A DNA stretch of 64,000 nucleotides from an uncultured Candidatus Binatia bacterium (GTDB taxonomy: Bacteria > Desulfobacterota > Binatia > UBA9968 > JAJDTQ01). A program made the position numbers and the translations under genes. The notes beneath the pieces are model-generated. The model saw only the letters and a program-made list of their open reading frames with translations. It searched no databases and was not told the DNA's origin. Of the stretch, positions 50,951 through 61,033 are shown piece after piece. The stretch is taken from assembly GCA_965242525.1 (NCBI GenBank), contig OZ251459.1, positions 3,872,001 through 3,936,000 on the forward strand. Direction: 5' to 3'. Numbering within the stretch: the first letter of the stretch is position 1; each line of letters starts with the position of its first letter.

Positions 50951-50993
50951 AATGGGGCAGCGTCCAAAGCGTCCGTCTTGGGGAGGCAGCGAG

Positions 50994-52220
50994 ATGCACG
51001 GCATGAACGGTCTCGTGGATACGGAACAAGGGTTGCTCGACCGCAGCATCTTCGTCTCCCAAGACATCTACCAGCAGGAACTGGAGCGCATTTTCGCGCG
51101 ATGCTGGCTCTTCCTCGGACACGAAACCCAGATCCCCGACCCCAACGACTTCCTCGCCACCTACATGGGGGAAGACCCGGTGCTGCTCTGTCGGGGCGGC
51201 GACGGGATCATCCGGGCATTCCTCAACATGTGCCGCCACCGGGGCAACCGGGTGTGCCGGGCGGACCGGGGCAACGCCAAGTCGTTCATGTGCACCTACC
51301 ACGGCTGGAGCTACGACAACGACGGTCGGCTCACGGGCGTTCCCGGCATGAAGGAGATCTACGGCGGCGAGTTGGACATGGCGCAGTGGGGCTTGGTGGA
51401 AGTGGCCCAACTGGACGTGCACAGGGGGTTGATCTTCGGGACCTTCGACCCCGATGCGCCGGCGCTGCTGGACTACCTCGGGGGCCAGGAGCGGGAGTTG
51501 GGGGTCATGTTCGACCGCCGGGCCGGCGGTACGGAGGTAATCGGCGGGGCGCACAAGTGGGTGATGCACGCCAACTGGAAGTACGCCGCGGACAACTTCT
51601 TCGGCGACGACGGCCACCACACCGTCACCCACGCGTCGGTCCGCCGCGTGCCCGTGGACGTGAGGTACTACCCTCGCACCAACGACGAGGCGCGGCCCGA
51701 TACGGACCGGGGGCTGTCCAGGATCGCCGAAGGAGTCATACGCGACTACCATGAGGAACACTTCGACGAGCTGGTCCGGCGAATCGGCCCCGAGCTTGCC
51801 GACCGCCCCGGCTTGGTCACCACCGTCTTCCCCAACGTGTCCCCGAACTTCACCCGGCACATGATCCGCGTGTGGCATCCCAAGGGGCCGGACAAGACCG
51901 AGATATGGTCGTACTGCGTGGTGGACAGGGACGCGCCCCCGGAGGTCAAGGACGCCATGCGGTTGCACCTGACCCAGACCTTCGGCCCCAGCGGGAACCT
52001 GGAGCAGGACGACATGAACAACTGGGTCCAGTGCACCGACACGGCCCGGGGCTTGGTGGCCCGGCGCTATCCACAGAACATCCAGGCCCACCTCGGACGC
52101 GAGGAGCGATGCGGTCCCATCGGCGGCGGTCGGCGCCTGCGGGCTTTCTACGCCCGCTGGGCCATGATGATGGCGGCCGAAGATTGGTCCCGCGTGGATC
52201 TGGGGACCCGGTACTACTGA
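50994..52220 (+). CDS. Aromatic ring-hydroxylating (Rieske) dioxygenase alpha subunit, HcaE/BphA-like
   Basis: Rieske motif CRHRG...CTYHG; iron ligands DGHHTVTH and EQDD. Confidence 0.95.
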   Translation: MHGMNGLVDTEQGLLDRSIFVSQDIYQQELERIFARCWLFLGHETQIPDPNDFLATYMGEDPVLLCRGGDGIIRAFLNMCRHRGNRVCRADRGNAKSFMCTYHGWSYDNDGRLTGVPGMKEIYGGELDMAQWGLVEVAQLDVHRGLIFGTFDPDAPALLDYLGGQERELGVMFDRRAGGTEVIGGAHKWVMHANWKYAADNFFGDDGHHTVTHASVRRVPVDVRYYPRTNDEARPDTDRGLSRIAEGVIRDYHEEHFDELVRRIGPELADRPGLVTTVFPNVSPNFTRHMIRVWHPKGPDKTEIWSYCVVDRDAPPEVKDAMRLHLTQTFGPSGNLEQDDMNNWVQCTDTARGLVARRYPQNIQAHLGREERCGPIGGGRRLRAFYARWAMMMAAEDWSRVDLGTRYY

Positions 52221-52248
52221 CGGTCCTCCGGGGCAAGGCGGCAACCAC

Positions 52249-52761
52249 TTGACCGACCACGACCTCTGGCACGAGATCCACGATTTCCTCGTGCAGGAAG
52301 CGAGGCTCCTGGACGATCGATCCTTCGATCGCTGGCTGGACCTCTTTACCGACGACGTCGTTTACTGGATGCCGGAACGGCTGAACCCGTGGGAGAGCAG
52401 CGACCCCGCGGACAGCGTGTCCAAGCCCGGGGATCTCGCGCTGTTCGAGGAGACCAAAGAGACCCTGCGGACCCGGGTGGCCCGGCTCGCCACCGGCATG
52501 GCGTGGTCGGAAGTGCCGCCCTCCCGCACCCGGCACTTGGTCACCAACGTGCAGGTGGAGCCCGGCGCCAACGACGCCGAGGTGCGGGTGCGGTCTTACT
52601 TCATGGTCTATCGGACCCAACTGGAGCACGACCGGCACGTCTTCGTGGGCGAGCGGGACGACGTGCTGCGAAAGGTGGACGGCCAGTGGAAGATCGCCCG
52701 CCGGACCATCCTGCTGGACGAGGCCGTGCTGTCGTCGCCGAACCTGAGCATCTTCTTCTGA
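52249..52761 (+). CDS. Ring-hydroxylating dioxygenase beta subunit
   Basis: EARLLD...[38 protein letters not shown]. Confidence 0.95.
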   Translation: MTDHDLWHEIHDFLVQEARLLDDRSFDRWLDLFTDDVVYWMPERLNPWESSDPADSVSKPGDLALFEETKETLRTRVARLATGMAWSEVPPSRTRHLVTNVQVEPGANDAEVRVRSYFMVYRTQLEHDRHVFVGERDDVLRKVDGQWKIARRTILLDEAVLSSPNLSIFF

Positions 52762-52800
52762 CCGGTCCCGGCCGGCGGGAGGGGCGGCGAATCCAACGTT

Positions 52801-52837
52801 CCCCGTTCGTCCTGAGCGAAGCGAAGTCGAAGGACGC
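52801..52837 (+). repeat. REP-like core (5-bp shorter) upstream of Rieske alpha copy 2
   Basis: ccccgttcgtcctgagcgaagcgaagtcgaaggacgc. Confidence 0.9.
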
Positions 52838-52880
52838 GATGGGGCAGCGTCCACAGGTCCGCCTTGGGGGAGGCAACGAG

Positions 52881-54110
52881 ATGCACGGCATGAACGGTTT
52901 CGTGGACACGGAACAAGGGCTGCTGGACCGCAGCATCTTCGCCTCCCGGGACATCTACCAGCAGGAACTGGAGCGCATTTTCGCGCGCTGCTGGCTGTTC
53001 CTCGGTCACGAAACCCAGATCCCCGACCCCAACGACTTCCTCGCCACCTACATGGGGGAAGACCCGGTGCTGCTCTGTCGGGGCGGCGACGGGACCATCC
53101 GGGCGTTCCTCAACATGTGCCGTCACCGGGGCAACCGGGTATGCCGGGCGGACCGGGGCAACGCCAAGTCGTTCATGTGCACCTACCACGGCTGGAGCTA
53201 CGACAACGACGGTCGGCTCACGGGCGTTCCCGGCATGAAGGAGATCTACGGCGGCGAGTTGGACATGGCGCAGTGGGGCCTGGTGGAAGTGGCCCAACTG
53301 GACGTGCACAGGGGGTTGATCTTCGGGACTTTCGACCCCGAGGCGCCGCCTCTGCTGGACTATCTCGGAGGCCAGGAGCGGGAGTTGGGCGTCATGTTCG
53401 ACCGCCGGGCGGGCGGCACGGAGGTAATCGGCGGGGCGCACAAGTGGGTGATGCACGCCAACTGGAAGTACGCCGCGGACAACTTCTTCGGCGACGACGG
53501 CCACCACACCGTCACCCACGCGTCGATCCGGCAAGTGCCGGTGGACGACCTGTCCTACCCCCGCACCAACGAAGAGCCGCGTCCCCATGCCGACGACAGC
53601 GGGCTCGCCAAGGTCGCCGGAGGCGTCGTACGGGACTACCTCCTGGACCACCACCACGAGGCGGTGGAGCGAATCGGCCCTGAACTCGCCCAACAGGCCG
53701 GGCTGGTCACCACCGTTTTCCCCAACGTGTCCCCGAATTTCATCCGGCACATGATCCGCGTGTGGCATCCCAAGGGGCCGGAGAAGACCGAGATATGGTC
53801 GTACTGCGTGGTGGACAGGGACGCGCCCCCGGAGGTCAAGGACGCCATGCGGCGGCACCTGACCCAGACCTTCGGCCCCAGCGGGAACCTGGAGCAGGAC
53901 GACATGAACAACTGGGTCCAGTGCACCGGCACGGCCCGGGGCTTGGTGGCCCGACGCTATCCCCAGAACGTCCAGGCCCACCTCGGACGCGAGGAGCGAT
54001 CCGGCGCGTTCGGCGGCGGCAAGCGCCTGCGAGCCTTCTACGCCCGCTGGGCGGCGATGATGGCCGCGGAGAGATGGTCCGACGTGGACCTGACGACCAA
54101 GTACTACTGA
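52881..54110 (+). CDS. Second, near-identical Rieske dioxygenase alpha subunit
   Basis: Same motifs as copy 1; differs mainly in one central segment and at the C-terminus. Confidence 0.95.
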   Translation: MHGMNGFVDTEQGLLDRSIFASRDIYQQELERIFARCWLFLGHETQIPDPNDFLATYMGEDPVLLCRGGDGTIRAFLNMCRHRGNRVCRADRGNAKSFMCTYHGWSYDNDGRLTGVPGMKEIYGGELDMAQWGLVEVAQLDVHRGLIFGTFDPEAPPLLDYLGGQERELGVMFDRRAGGTEVIGGAHKWVMHANWKYAADNFFGDDGHHTVTHASIRQVPVDDLSYPRTNEEPRPHADDSGLAKVAGGVVRDYLLDHHHEAVERIGPELAQQAGLVTTVFPNVSPNFIRHMIRVWHPKGPEKTEIWSYCVVDRDAPPEVKDAMRRHLTQTFGPSGNLEQDDMNNWVQCTGTARGLVARRYPQNVQAHLGREERSGAFGGGKRLRAFYARWAAMMAAERWSDVDLTTKYY

Positions 54111-54131
54111 CCGCCCCTCGGACGTCCACCC

Positions 54132-54240
54132 CGTCATTCCCGCGAAAGCATGTCCCCGCGGAAGCGGGGAGGGAATCCATCCATTCTCATGAAAAATCGC
54201 ATCCTTCGACTTCGCTGCGCTACGCTCAGGATGAACGGGG
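54132..54240. repeat. dRS3-like palindrome with an internal insertion, followed by an inverted REP-like core
   Basis: cgtcattcccgcgaaagc[atgtccccgcggaagcgggga]gggaatcca; gcatccttcgacttcgctgcgctacgctcaggatgaacgggg. Confidence 0.85.
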
Positions 54241-54277
54241 GTACATCTTCTCCACGCCAAGCTCAGGATGGACGGAA

Positions 54278-54359
54278 ACAGGATTTCCGGCGTCCACCGC
54301 CCGGGAAGGCAAGCTGGACAGGGACAGGACTTCCGGCGTCCACCGCCGGAAAAGGCAAG
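54278..54359 (+). repeat. Direct repeat with a 46-bp period
   Basis: acaggatttccggcgtccaccgcccgggaaggcaag / acaggacttccggcgtccaccgccggaaaaggcaag. Confidence 0.8.
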
Positions 54360-54534
54360 GTGCGCCGCCGGAAGGCAGGTTGGCGAACGGCGGCTGCGGA
54401 CCTCTCTGCAAGCCTCTATCCGGCGCGGGCGGCTCCGAGCGCTCCCGATGGGGTTCGCCCGTTGTCAAGGGTCAGCGTAAGCGCTATAAACCGGGCGGAC
54501 GCTGGCGGGCGGTCCGCCGGGGATCCCATCGGCC

Positions 54535-55395
54535 ATGACCATTCCGGCTTTCGATCTCTTGAGACCCCGCACCGTGGCCGAAGCCGGCCGCATGCTGCTG
54601 GACCACGGCGAGGAGGCGAGGCCCATCGCCGGGGGGACGACCCTGGTCATCCTCATGAAGCAGCGGGCGCTGCGCTTCTCCCGTCTGGTGGACCTCCGGA
54701 CGATCCCCGGTCTGGACCGGATCGTCGAGAGCGACGGCTGCCTGAGCATCGGGGCGCTGGCCACCCACCGGTCGGTGGAACGCTCGCCCGCGGTGCTCCG
54801 GCGCGCTCCGGCCCTGGCCCGGGCCTTCGGTTGCGTGGGGAACGTGCGCATCCGCGAGACCGCGTCCGTGGGCGGCAACCTGGCCCACGCGGACTGCCGG
54901 CTCGACCCCCCGCCGGTGCTGCTCGCCCTCGGCGCCGAGGTGGTCCTGTCCGGGCCCCGGGGGACCCGCGTGGTGGCTCTCGCGGACTTCTACCGCGGCA
55001 TGTACGAGACCGCGCTGGAGCCCGGCGAGATCCTCCTGGAGGTGCGGACGCCGCGCCTGCCGGCCGCCGCGGGGGCCGCCTACTCGCGCTTCAGCTCCCT
55101 GTCGGCCAACGACTGGCCCTGCATCGGCGTGGCGGCGCTGTTGCGCCGGGAGGGAGAGCGTGTGGGCGAGCTTCGGATCGGGCTCGGCGGGGTTGCGGAA
55201 ACCCCCCTGCTGGCGGCCGGCCTGGACCGGTTCCGGCAGGAGCGCTGCTCCGAGGACCTCTGGGAAGCGGTGTGCGCGGCCATCGACCCCCAGATCGCGC
55301 CCGTGTCCGACCTTCGCGGCGCCGCGGACTACAAGCGCGAGATGACCCGGGTGTTCGTCAAGCGCACGTTGCGGGAGTTGGCCGCGTCCGGGTGA
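54535..55395 (+). CDS. Mo-hydroxylase (xanthine dehydrogenase family) FAD-binding subunit, CoxM-like
   Basis: IAGGTTL, IGALATH, IRETASVGGNLAHAD, DLRGAADYKR. Confidence 0.92.
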   Translation: MTIPAFDLLRPRTVAEAGRMLLDHGEEARPIAGGTTLVILMKQRALRFSRLVDLRTIPGLDRIVESDGCLSIGALATHRSVERSPAVLRRAPALARAFGCVGNVRIRETASVGGNLAHADCRLDPPPVLLALGAEVVLSGPRGTRVVALADFYRGMYETALEPGEILLEVRTPRLPAAAGAAYSRFSSLSANDWPCIGVAALLRREGERVGELRIGLGGVAETPLLAAGLDRFRQERCSEDLWEAVCAAIDPQIAPVSDLRGAADYKREMTRVFVKRTLRELAASG

Positions 55396-55449
55396 AGGGC
55401 GCCCCGATAGATCGAGGCACGGATGGAGGTATTCCCCCACGCCGACCCT

Positions 55450-55648
55450 CCCATCCCCGTTCGTCCTGAGCGTAACGATACGATGAGACTCGTATGCGCA
55501 TTGATTGGCTCCCATCCCCGTTCGTTCCGAGCGAGTGACATGATGAGATTCATATCCGCATTGATTGGCCCCATACCCGTTCGTCCTGAGCGTAGCGAAG
55601 CGAAGTCGAAGGACGCACGCGCTCTCTCCGGGATGGATCAGGGTTTCC
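55450..55648 (+). repeat. Tandem array of ~60-bp units built on the REP-core head, ending in a full core and right TIR
   Basis: cccatccccgttcgt..gagcg...gatgaga.tc.tat.cgcattgattggc x2, then a full core and tggatcagggtttcc. Confidence 0.8.
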
Positions 55649-55650
55649 TG

Positions 55651-55987
55651 ACTCTTCAGGCTTTCGTGTGGGTAAGGCAGGAGGGGAAGGAGAGTGAAAA
55701 GGACCACGCCGTCATTGCTCCGCAGACACCTGCCCGTCATTCCCGCGAAAGCGGGAATCCAGTATGCAAGGCGCCATGGGGTTGAGTCGGAAGGGTGGAA
55801 ACACGGGGAGTTTTCATAGGAACGGATGGATTCCCGCCCCCGCTTCCGCGGGGACATGCTTTCGCGGGAATGACGGGAGTGGGGCGTCCGCGACGCCAAA
55901 CCGGGAACGGCATGGTCGGAATGGGAGGGAAGCGGCCCTCATCGCGTGAGCGGGAGTGTCACAACCCACACGGATTCCGGAAGGCCC
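55651..55987 (+). mobile_element. ISL3-derived MITE with target-site duplication, carrying an inverted pair of dRS3-like palindromes
   Basis: Ends (g)actcttcaggctttcgtgtgggtaagg / acccacacggattccggaaggccc; flanked by gtttcctg on both sides; dRS3-like units at 55735-55761 and 55827-55875. Confidence 0.8.
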
Positions 55988-56005
55988 GTTTCCTGAAGCA
56001 GGTAC

Positions 56006-58348
56006 ATGGAAGGCTACTCCACAGTCGGCAAGTCCGTTGACCGCAGGGACGCGCTCCAGAAGGTGACGGGCCGGGTGCGGCACGTGGGCAGCATGGAGCC
56101 TCCCGGGCTGTTGCACGTGGCGGCGCTCCGGAGCCCCCACGCCCACGCGCGCATCGTGCGCATCGACAAGGAACGGGCCGCGTCCCGGGCCGGCGTGGCC
56201 GCGGTGCTCACGGGCGCGGACATCGCCGCCATGCCGGGGGTGGTCCCCTACCACGGGCCGGCGTTCGCCGACCAGCCGGTGCTGGCGGTGGACCGGGTGC
56301 GGCACGTGGGCGAGCCGGTGGCGGCGGTGGCTGCGGAGAGCCTGCGCGCCGCGGAAGAGGCGCTGGAACTCATCGAGGTGGAGTACGATCCCCTGCCGGT
56401 GGTGCTGGGCGTGCTCGACGCCATGGAGCCGGACGCCCCCATCATCCACGACGAGCTCCGACCCTCGGGGGCGTTCGCGGACCTGGCCCACGTGAAGGCC
56501 GGCGAGCGCTCCAACGTCTGCTACCACTACAAACTCCGCAAGGGCGACGTGGAACGGGCCTTCGCCGAAGCCGACCGCGTCTTCGAGGACGTGTTCACCG
56601 CGCCGCCGGCCCAGCACGTGCCCATGGAGGCCCACGTCTCGCTGGCCTACGTGGACGAGGCCGGGCGCATCAACCTGTACACCGCCAGCCAGTCGCCATC
56701 CTTCGTCCGGGGGGAGCTGGCGCGCATGCTCGGCGTGCCCATGAACCGCATCCGCGTGCGCGTGCCGTACCTGGGCGGCGGCTACGGCGCCAAACTCTAC
56801 AACAAGCTGGAGCCGCTGGTGGCGCTGCTGGCCCTGGCCACCCGCCGGCCGGTGAAGTACGGCCTGAGCCGGGAGGAGGAGTTCCACACCGTGACCAAGC
56901 ACGGCGTGGTGGTGAAGCTCGAGACCGCGGTCAAGGGATCGAACCTGACCGCGCGCAAGTGCGAGGTCTATTGGGACACGGGCGCGTTCGCCGAGATCGG
57001 CCCGAGGATCGTCCACAAGTCGGGCTACACGTCCTCCGGCCCCTACCGCATCCCCAACGTGTGGATCGACTCCTACTGCGTCTATACCAACAAGCCCCCC
57101 GCGGGGCCGTTCCGCGGCTTCGGCGTGCCGCAGGTGATCTGGGCCTACGACTCCCAGATGGACATCATCGCCCGGGGCCTCGGGGTGGATCCGGTGGAGT
57201 TCCGCCTGCGGCACGCGCTGGAGGAGGGGGAGCCCTTCGTCACCGGGACGCCGGTGCACGCCTGCGGCCTGAAGGAGTCCGTGCGGCGGGCCGCGGACGC
57301 GGTGGGGTGGGGCCGGCCCGGAAAGACGGCCGCCGCGGGCGCGAAACGCCGGGGCAAGGGCATCGCCTGCGGGGTCAAGGCGGTGCTCACGCCGTCCATC
57401 TCCGGCGCGGTGGTCATCCTGAACGCCGACGGCAGCGCCAACGTCCTGAGCAGCACCGTGGAGATGGGCCAGGGATCCGAGAGCGCGCTGGCGCAGATCG
57501 CGGCCGAAGAGCTGGGCGTCCCCTTCGACCGGGTCCACGTGGTGCAGCCGGACACGGACGTGACCCCCTACGACACCATCACCGCGGGGAGCCGCTCCAC
57601 CTACCACATGGGCAACGCGGTGCGCGCGGCCGCGGCCAAGGTCAAGGCGGAGCTCTTCGACACGGTGGCCCGGGCCCTGGAGATCGACGCCGGCGACCTG
57701 GAAGCGTCCGGCGGCCGGGTGTTCGTGCGCGGCGCCGAGGAGCGGGGCATGACCGTGACCGAGGCGTTCCTGGCCCGGTTCGGGAGTCTCGGCACCACCA
57801 TGACCGGCGAAGGCGTGTGCCAGCCGACGGTGGCGCCCATGGACCCGGAGACCGGCCAGTCGGAGAAGTGCACCGAGTACTGGTTCGCCTCGGCCAGCGC
57901 GGTGGAGGTGGAGGTGGACACGGAGACGGGCCGCGTGGAGGTGCTGCAATTCCACTGCGCCGGCGACGCCGGCACGGCCATCAACCCCAAGTACTGCGAG
58001 CAGCAGCTCGTGGGGGCGGCCGCCATGCACCTGGGCCTCACGTTGTTCGAGCAGATGGTGTTCGAGGAAGGGCGGCTCCTCAATGGTTCGCTGCTGGACT
58101 ACCAGATCGCCTCCATGGAGGACGTGCCCGCGGCCTTCCACCCCATCGTGGTGGAGGTCCCGCACAAGGACGGCCCCTTCGGGGCCAAGGGCATCGGCGA
58201 GACCGGCGCCCTGACCGTGGCCGCGGCCGTGGCCAACGCGGTGGAGGACGCGGTGGGCGTGCGCATACGCGACGTCCCGCTGACCGCGGAGCGGATCTAC
58301 CGGGCGCTGAAAGCCGCGGGGAAGACATGGAACGGGCCGTCAGCCTGA
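56006..58348 (+). CDS. Mo-hydroxylase molybdopterin-binding large subunit (xanthine dehydrogenase family)
   Basis: LRSPHAHARI, LGGGYGAK, PFRGFG, EMGQG, AKGIGE. Confidence 0.93.
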   Translation: MEGYSTVGKSVDRRDALQKVTGRVRHVGSMEPPGLLHVAALRSPHAHARIVRIDKERAASRAGVAAVLTGADIAAMPGVVPYHGPAFADQPVLAVDRVRHVGEPVAAVAAESLRAAEEALELIEVEYDPLPVVLGVLDAMEPDAPIIHDELRPSGAFADLAHVKAGERSNVCYHYKLRKGDVERAFAEADRVFEDVFTAPPAQHVPMEAHVSLAYVDEAGRINLYTASQSPSFVRGELARMLGVPMNRIRVRVPYLGGGYGAKLYNKLEPLVALLALATRRPVKYGLSREEEFHTVTKHGVVVKLETAVKGSNLTARKCEVYWDTGAFAEIGPRIVHKSGYTSSGPYRIPNVWIDSYCVYTNKPPAGPFRGFGVPQVIWAYDSQMDIIARGLGVDPVEFRLRHALEEGEPFVTGTPVHACGLKESVRRAADAVGWGRPGKTAAAGAKRRGKGIACGVKAVLTPSISGAVVILNADGSANVLSSTVEMGQGSESALAQIAAEELGVPFDRVHVVQPDTDVTPYDTITAGSRSTYHMGNAVRAAAAKVKAELFDTVARALEIDAGDLEASGGRVFVRGAEERGMTVTEAFLARFGSLGTTMTGEGVCQPTVAPMDPETGQSEKCTEYWFASASAVEVEVDTETGRVEVLQFHCAGDAGTAINPKYCEQQLVGAAAMHLGLTLFEQMVFEEGRLLNGSLLDYQIASMEDVPAAFHPIVVEVPHKDGPFGAKGIGETGALTVAAAVANAVEDAVGVRIRDVPLTAERIYRALKAAGKTWNGPSA

Positions 58349-58800
58349 CCGTCAACGGCCAGCCCCGGGAGCTGCGGGTCAACGACGCCGACACCCTGCT
58401 GGAGGTCATGCGGGACCGGCTCAAGCTCTGGAGCGTGCGGGAGGCGTGCGGCGTGGGCGCCTGCGGGAGCTGTACCGTGCTGCTGGACGGAAGGCCGGTG
58501 AGCGCGTGCTTCCTGCTGGCGACGCGCCTGGACGGCAGCGCGGTGGAGACCGTCGAGGGCCTCGGCGGCCCCGACGACCTGCACCCCCTCCAGCAGGCGT
58601 TCCTGGAGCACGACGCGGCCCAGTGCGGCTACTGCACCCCGGGCTTCCTCATGGCCGCCAAGGCGTTGCTGGCGGAGCGCAGCGACCCCACCGAGGACCA
58701 GATCCGCGAGTACCTGTCGGGCAACCTGTGCCGTTGCGGCGGCTACCCCAACATCGTGCGGGCGGTCCGCGCCGCCGCGGCCCGGACCCGCGAGGGATGA
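58327..58800 (+). CDS. Mo-hydroxylase [2Fe-2S] small subunit, CoxS-like
   Basis: CGVGACGSC...C, QCGYCTPG, NLCRCGGY. Confidence 0.95.
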   Translation: MERAVSLTVNGQPRELRVNDADTLLEVMRDRLKLWSVREACGVGACGSCTVLLDGRPVSACFLLATRLDGSAVETVEGLGGPDDLHPLQQAFLEHDAAQCGYCTPGFLMAAKALLAERSDPTEDQIREYLSGNLCRCGGYPNIVRAVRAAAARTREG

Positions 58801-61028
58801 CCCGGCCCATGGAACCCGGCCCCCGCGGTGACCCCCTGGCGGCGTTGCTGGAACCCCGGAGCATCGCCGTGGTCGGGGCGTCGGAACGGGCGCCCCACGC
58901 CGCGGCGCTGGTGCGGAACCTGCTGCGGTTCGGCTTCCCCGCGGAGCGTATCCACCCGGTCAACCCCCGCTACCCGCGGCTGTTCGAGCGGCCGTGCTAC
59001 CCCGCGGTGGGAGACGTGCCCGAAGACGTGGACCTTGCGGTGCTTGCGATCCCCCGCCGCGGCGTGGTCCCGGCCATGGAGGAATGCGCCGCCAAGGGGG
59101 TTCGGGCCGCCCTCGTGGTGGCCACCGGCTTCGGCGAGTTCGACCGCGAGGGACGGCGCCATCAGGCCGAGCTGGCCCGTCTCGTGCGCGCCCACGACAT
59201 TGCGCTGTGCGGTCCCAACACCCTGGGGTACGTGGCCCTCCCGGGCGGCGCCGCGCTCTGGACCTCGCCGCTCCCCGAGCACCTGGCCGCGGGCCCGGTG
59301 AGCGCGGTGTTCACCAGCGCCGGCCTGCTCAACCTCTTCTTCCACACCGCCGCGGACCGCTGCCTGGGCTTCCGGTACGCCGCGGCTCCGGGCAACCAGG
59401 TGGGCGCGGGCTTCACCGACTACTTCCGGGCCGCGGTGGACGACCCCGGCACCCGGGTCATCGCCGCGGTCATCGAGTCCGTGAGCCGGCCCGGGGAGAT
59501 GGCCGGGCTCCTGGACCGGGCCCGGGAACGCGGGAAGACGGTGGTGGCGCTGCGGCTCGGTAGGTCCCGGAAGGGCGAACGCGCGGTCACCTCCCATTCG
59601 GGCAACATGGCCACTTCCGGAGCGGTGTGGGACGGGCTGTTCCGGCAGAAGGGCGTCATCCCGGTGGACAACATGGACCAGATGCTGGAGGCAACGGCCC
59701 TGGCCGCGGCGGACCCGGACGCGCGCCGCTTCGCCGGTTCCGGCGGCGTGGGCATGGTCACCATCTCGGGCGGGGATTGCAGCTTCCTGGCCGACGTCTG
59801 CGAGCGCAACGGAGTCCCCCTGCCGGAGCCGTCGGAGGCCACCTACCAGGCATTGCGGAGCTGCTTCGACAAGGAGCGCTTCAACGGCAACCCGCTGGAC
59901 ATCGAGGACCTGCACGTGGCGGACCCGGACAAGTACCTGGAGTGCCTGGAGACGTTCGTGAAGGACGAGAACTTCGCCGTGGTCTGTTGCCGCCTGAGCC
60001 TGCCCGGGAGTCCCAACGACCGGCTCCGGGAGTTGTACCGCCAGTCCGCGGCGGTGGCCCGGCGCAACCGCAAGCCGGTGGTGTTTTTGTCCCGGGCCAG
60101 CGAGTTGCTGGACCGGTCCTGGTTCCGGTTCTTCCACGAGTTGGGCGCGCCTTTCCTGATGGAGTACGAGAAGTCGCTCCGCGCGGTGAAGGAGGTCCTC
60201 GCGCTGTCGCAGCGGAGTCCCGCGGGCGGCCCGGACGCAACCGTTGCAAACGATGCAACGGAGACAGCCGCGCCCGCCCCCTCGGAGGTCGCTGCGTTGC
60301 GGCGTCTCATGGCCGGCGGCGACCCGTCCCACGCCGCGGTGCAACGGCTCCTCGACGCCTACGGGATCCCGGTTGCGCCCGAGCGCCTGGTCCATGACCG
60401 GGACGAGGCCGCAGCCGCGGCCGGCGACCTGGGTTTCCCCGTGGCCCTGAAGGTCCGGTCCCCGGACCTGCCCCACAAGACCGAGGCGGGCGGGGTGCTG
60501 CTGAACCTGGGGAGCCGCGGGGAAGCGGCCTCGGCCTACGACCGGTTGCTCCGACGGGTGGCCGGGAGCGCGCCCCATGCCCGTATCGAAGGGGTGCTGG
60601 TGCAGAAGATGGTGGAGGGGGCGGTGGAGGTCATAATCGGGACGTCGCGCACGCCGGACCTGGGGGTCTGCCTCGCGTTCGGCCTGGGCGGCATCTACAC
60701 CGAGGTGCTGAAGGACGTGTCGTTCCGGCTGCCGCGGCTGGACCTGCAGGAAGCCCACCGCATGATCCGGGAGATACGCGCCTACCCGCTGCTCACCGGC
60801 GTCCGGGGCCAGCCCAAGGCCGACGTCCCGGCGCTGGCGCGGGCCATCGCGGCCCTTTCGCGGTTGGCCGCGGACCTGGGCGAGGAAGTGGACGAGGTCG
60901 AGTTCAACCCCCTGTTGGTCCTGCCGGAGGGACGAGGGGTCCTGGCGGTCGATACCCTGGTGCGATGCGCCCGCGGGGAAGCGGGCCCGGGGGCGGCGCG
61001 GAACGAGCCGCTCGGTCTGGAGGAGTGA
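58797..61028 (+). CDS. ADP-forming acyl-CoA synthetase (acetate-CoA ligase family, fused alpha/beta)
   Basis: PRSIAVVGAS, GPNTLG, SHSG phospho-His, NPLD, GFPVALK...HKTEAGGV ATP-grasp, NPL. Confidence 0.92.
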   Translation: MTRPMEPGPRGDPLAALLEPRSIAVVGASERAPHAAALVRNLLRFGFPAERIHPVNPRYPRLFERPCYPAVGDVPEDVDLAVLAIPRRGVVPAMEECAAKGVRAALVVATGFGEFDREGRRHQAELARLVRAHDIALCGPNTLGYVALPGGAALWTSPLPEHLAAGPVSAVFTSAGLLNLFFHTAADRCLGFRYAAAPGNQVGAGFTDYFRAAVDDPGTRVIAAVIESVSRPGEMAGLLDRARERGKTVVALRLGRSRKGERAVTSHSGNMATSGAVWDGLFRQKGVIPVDNMDQMLEATALAAADPDARRFAGSGGVGMVTISGGDCSFLADVCERNGVPLPEPSEATYQALRSCFDKERFNGNPLDIEDLHVADPDKYLECLETFVKDENFAVVCCRLSLPGSPNDRLRELYRQSAAVARRNRKPVVFLSRASELLDRSWFRFFHELGAPFLMEYEKSLRAVKEVLALSQRSPAGGPDATVANDATETAAPAPSEVAALRRLMAGGDPSHAAVQRLLDAYGIPVAPERLVHDRDEAAAAAGDLGFPVALKVRSPDLPHKTEAGGVLLNLGSRGEAASAYDRLLRRVAGSAPHARIEGVLVQKMVEGAVEVIIGTSRTPDLGVCLAFGLGGIYTEVLKDVSFRLPRLDLQEAHRMIREIRAYPLLTGVRGQPKADVPALARAIAALSRLAADLGEEVDEVEFNPLLVLPEGRGVLAVDTLVRCARGEAGPGAARNEPLGLEE

Positions 61029-61033
61029 CGCCC

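Noticed and set aside
50994-54110. Diversity-generating retroelement behind the near-identical alpha copies
   Set aside because: No reverse transcriptase is present, differences are not adenine-specific, and both copies are full genes.
55450-55620. CRISPR array (also considered for 63400-63650 and 45657-45757)
   Set aside because: The 'spacers' are near copies of one another, there are only 2-3 units, the repeat is a dispersed genome-wide element, and no cas genes are present.
54535-58800. Aerobic CO dehydrogenase (coxMSL)
   Set aside because: The large subunit lacks the AYxCSFR/AYxGAGR active-site loop, the order is M-L-S, and no cox accessory genes are present.
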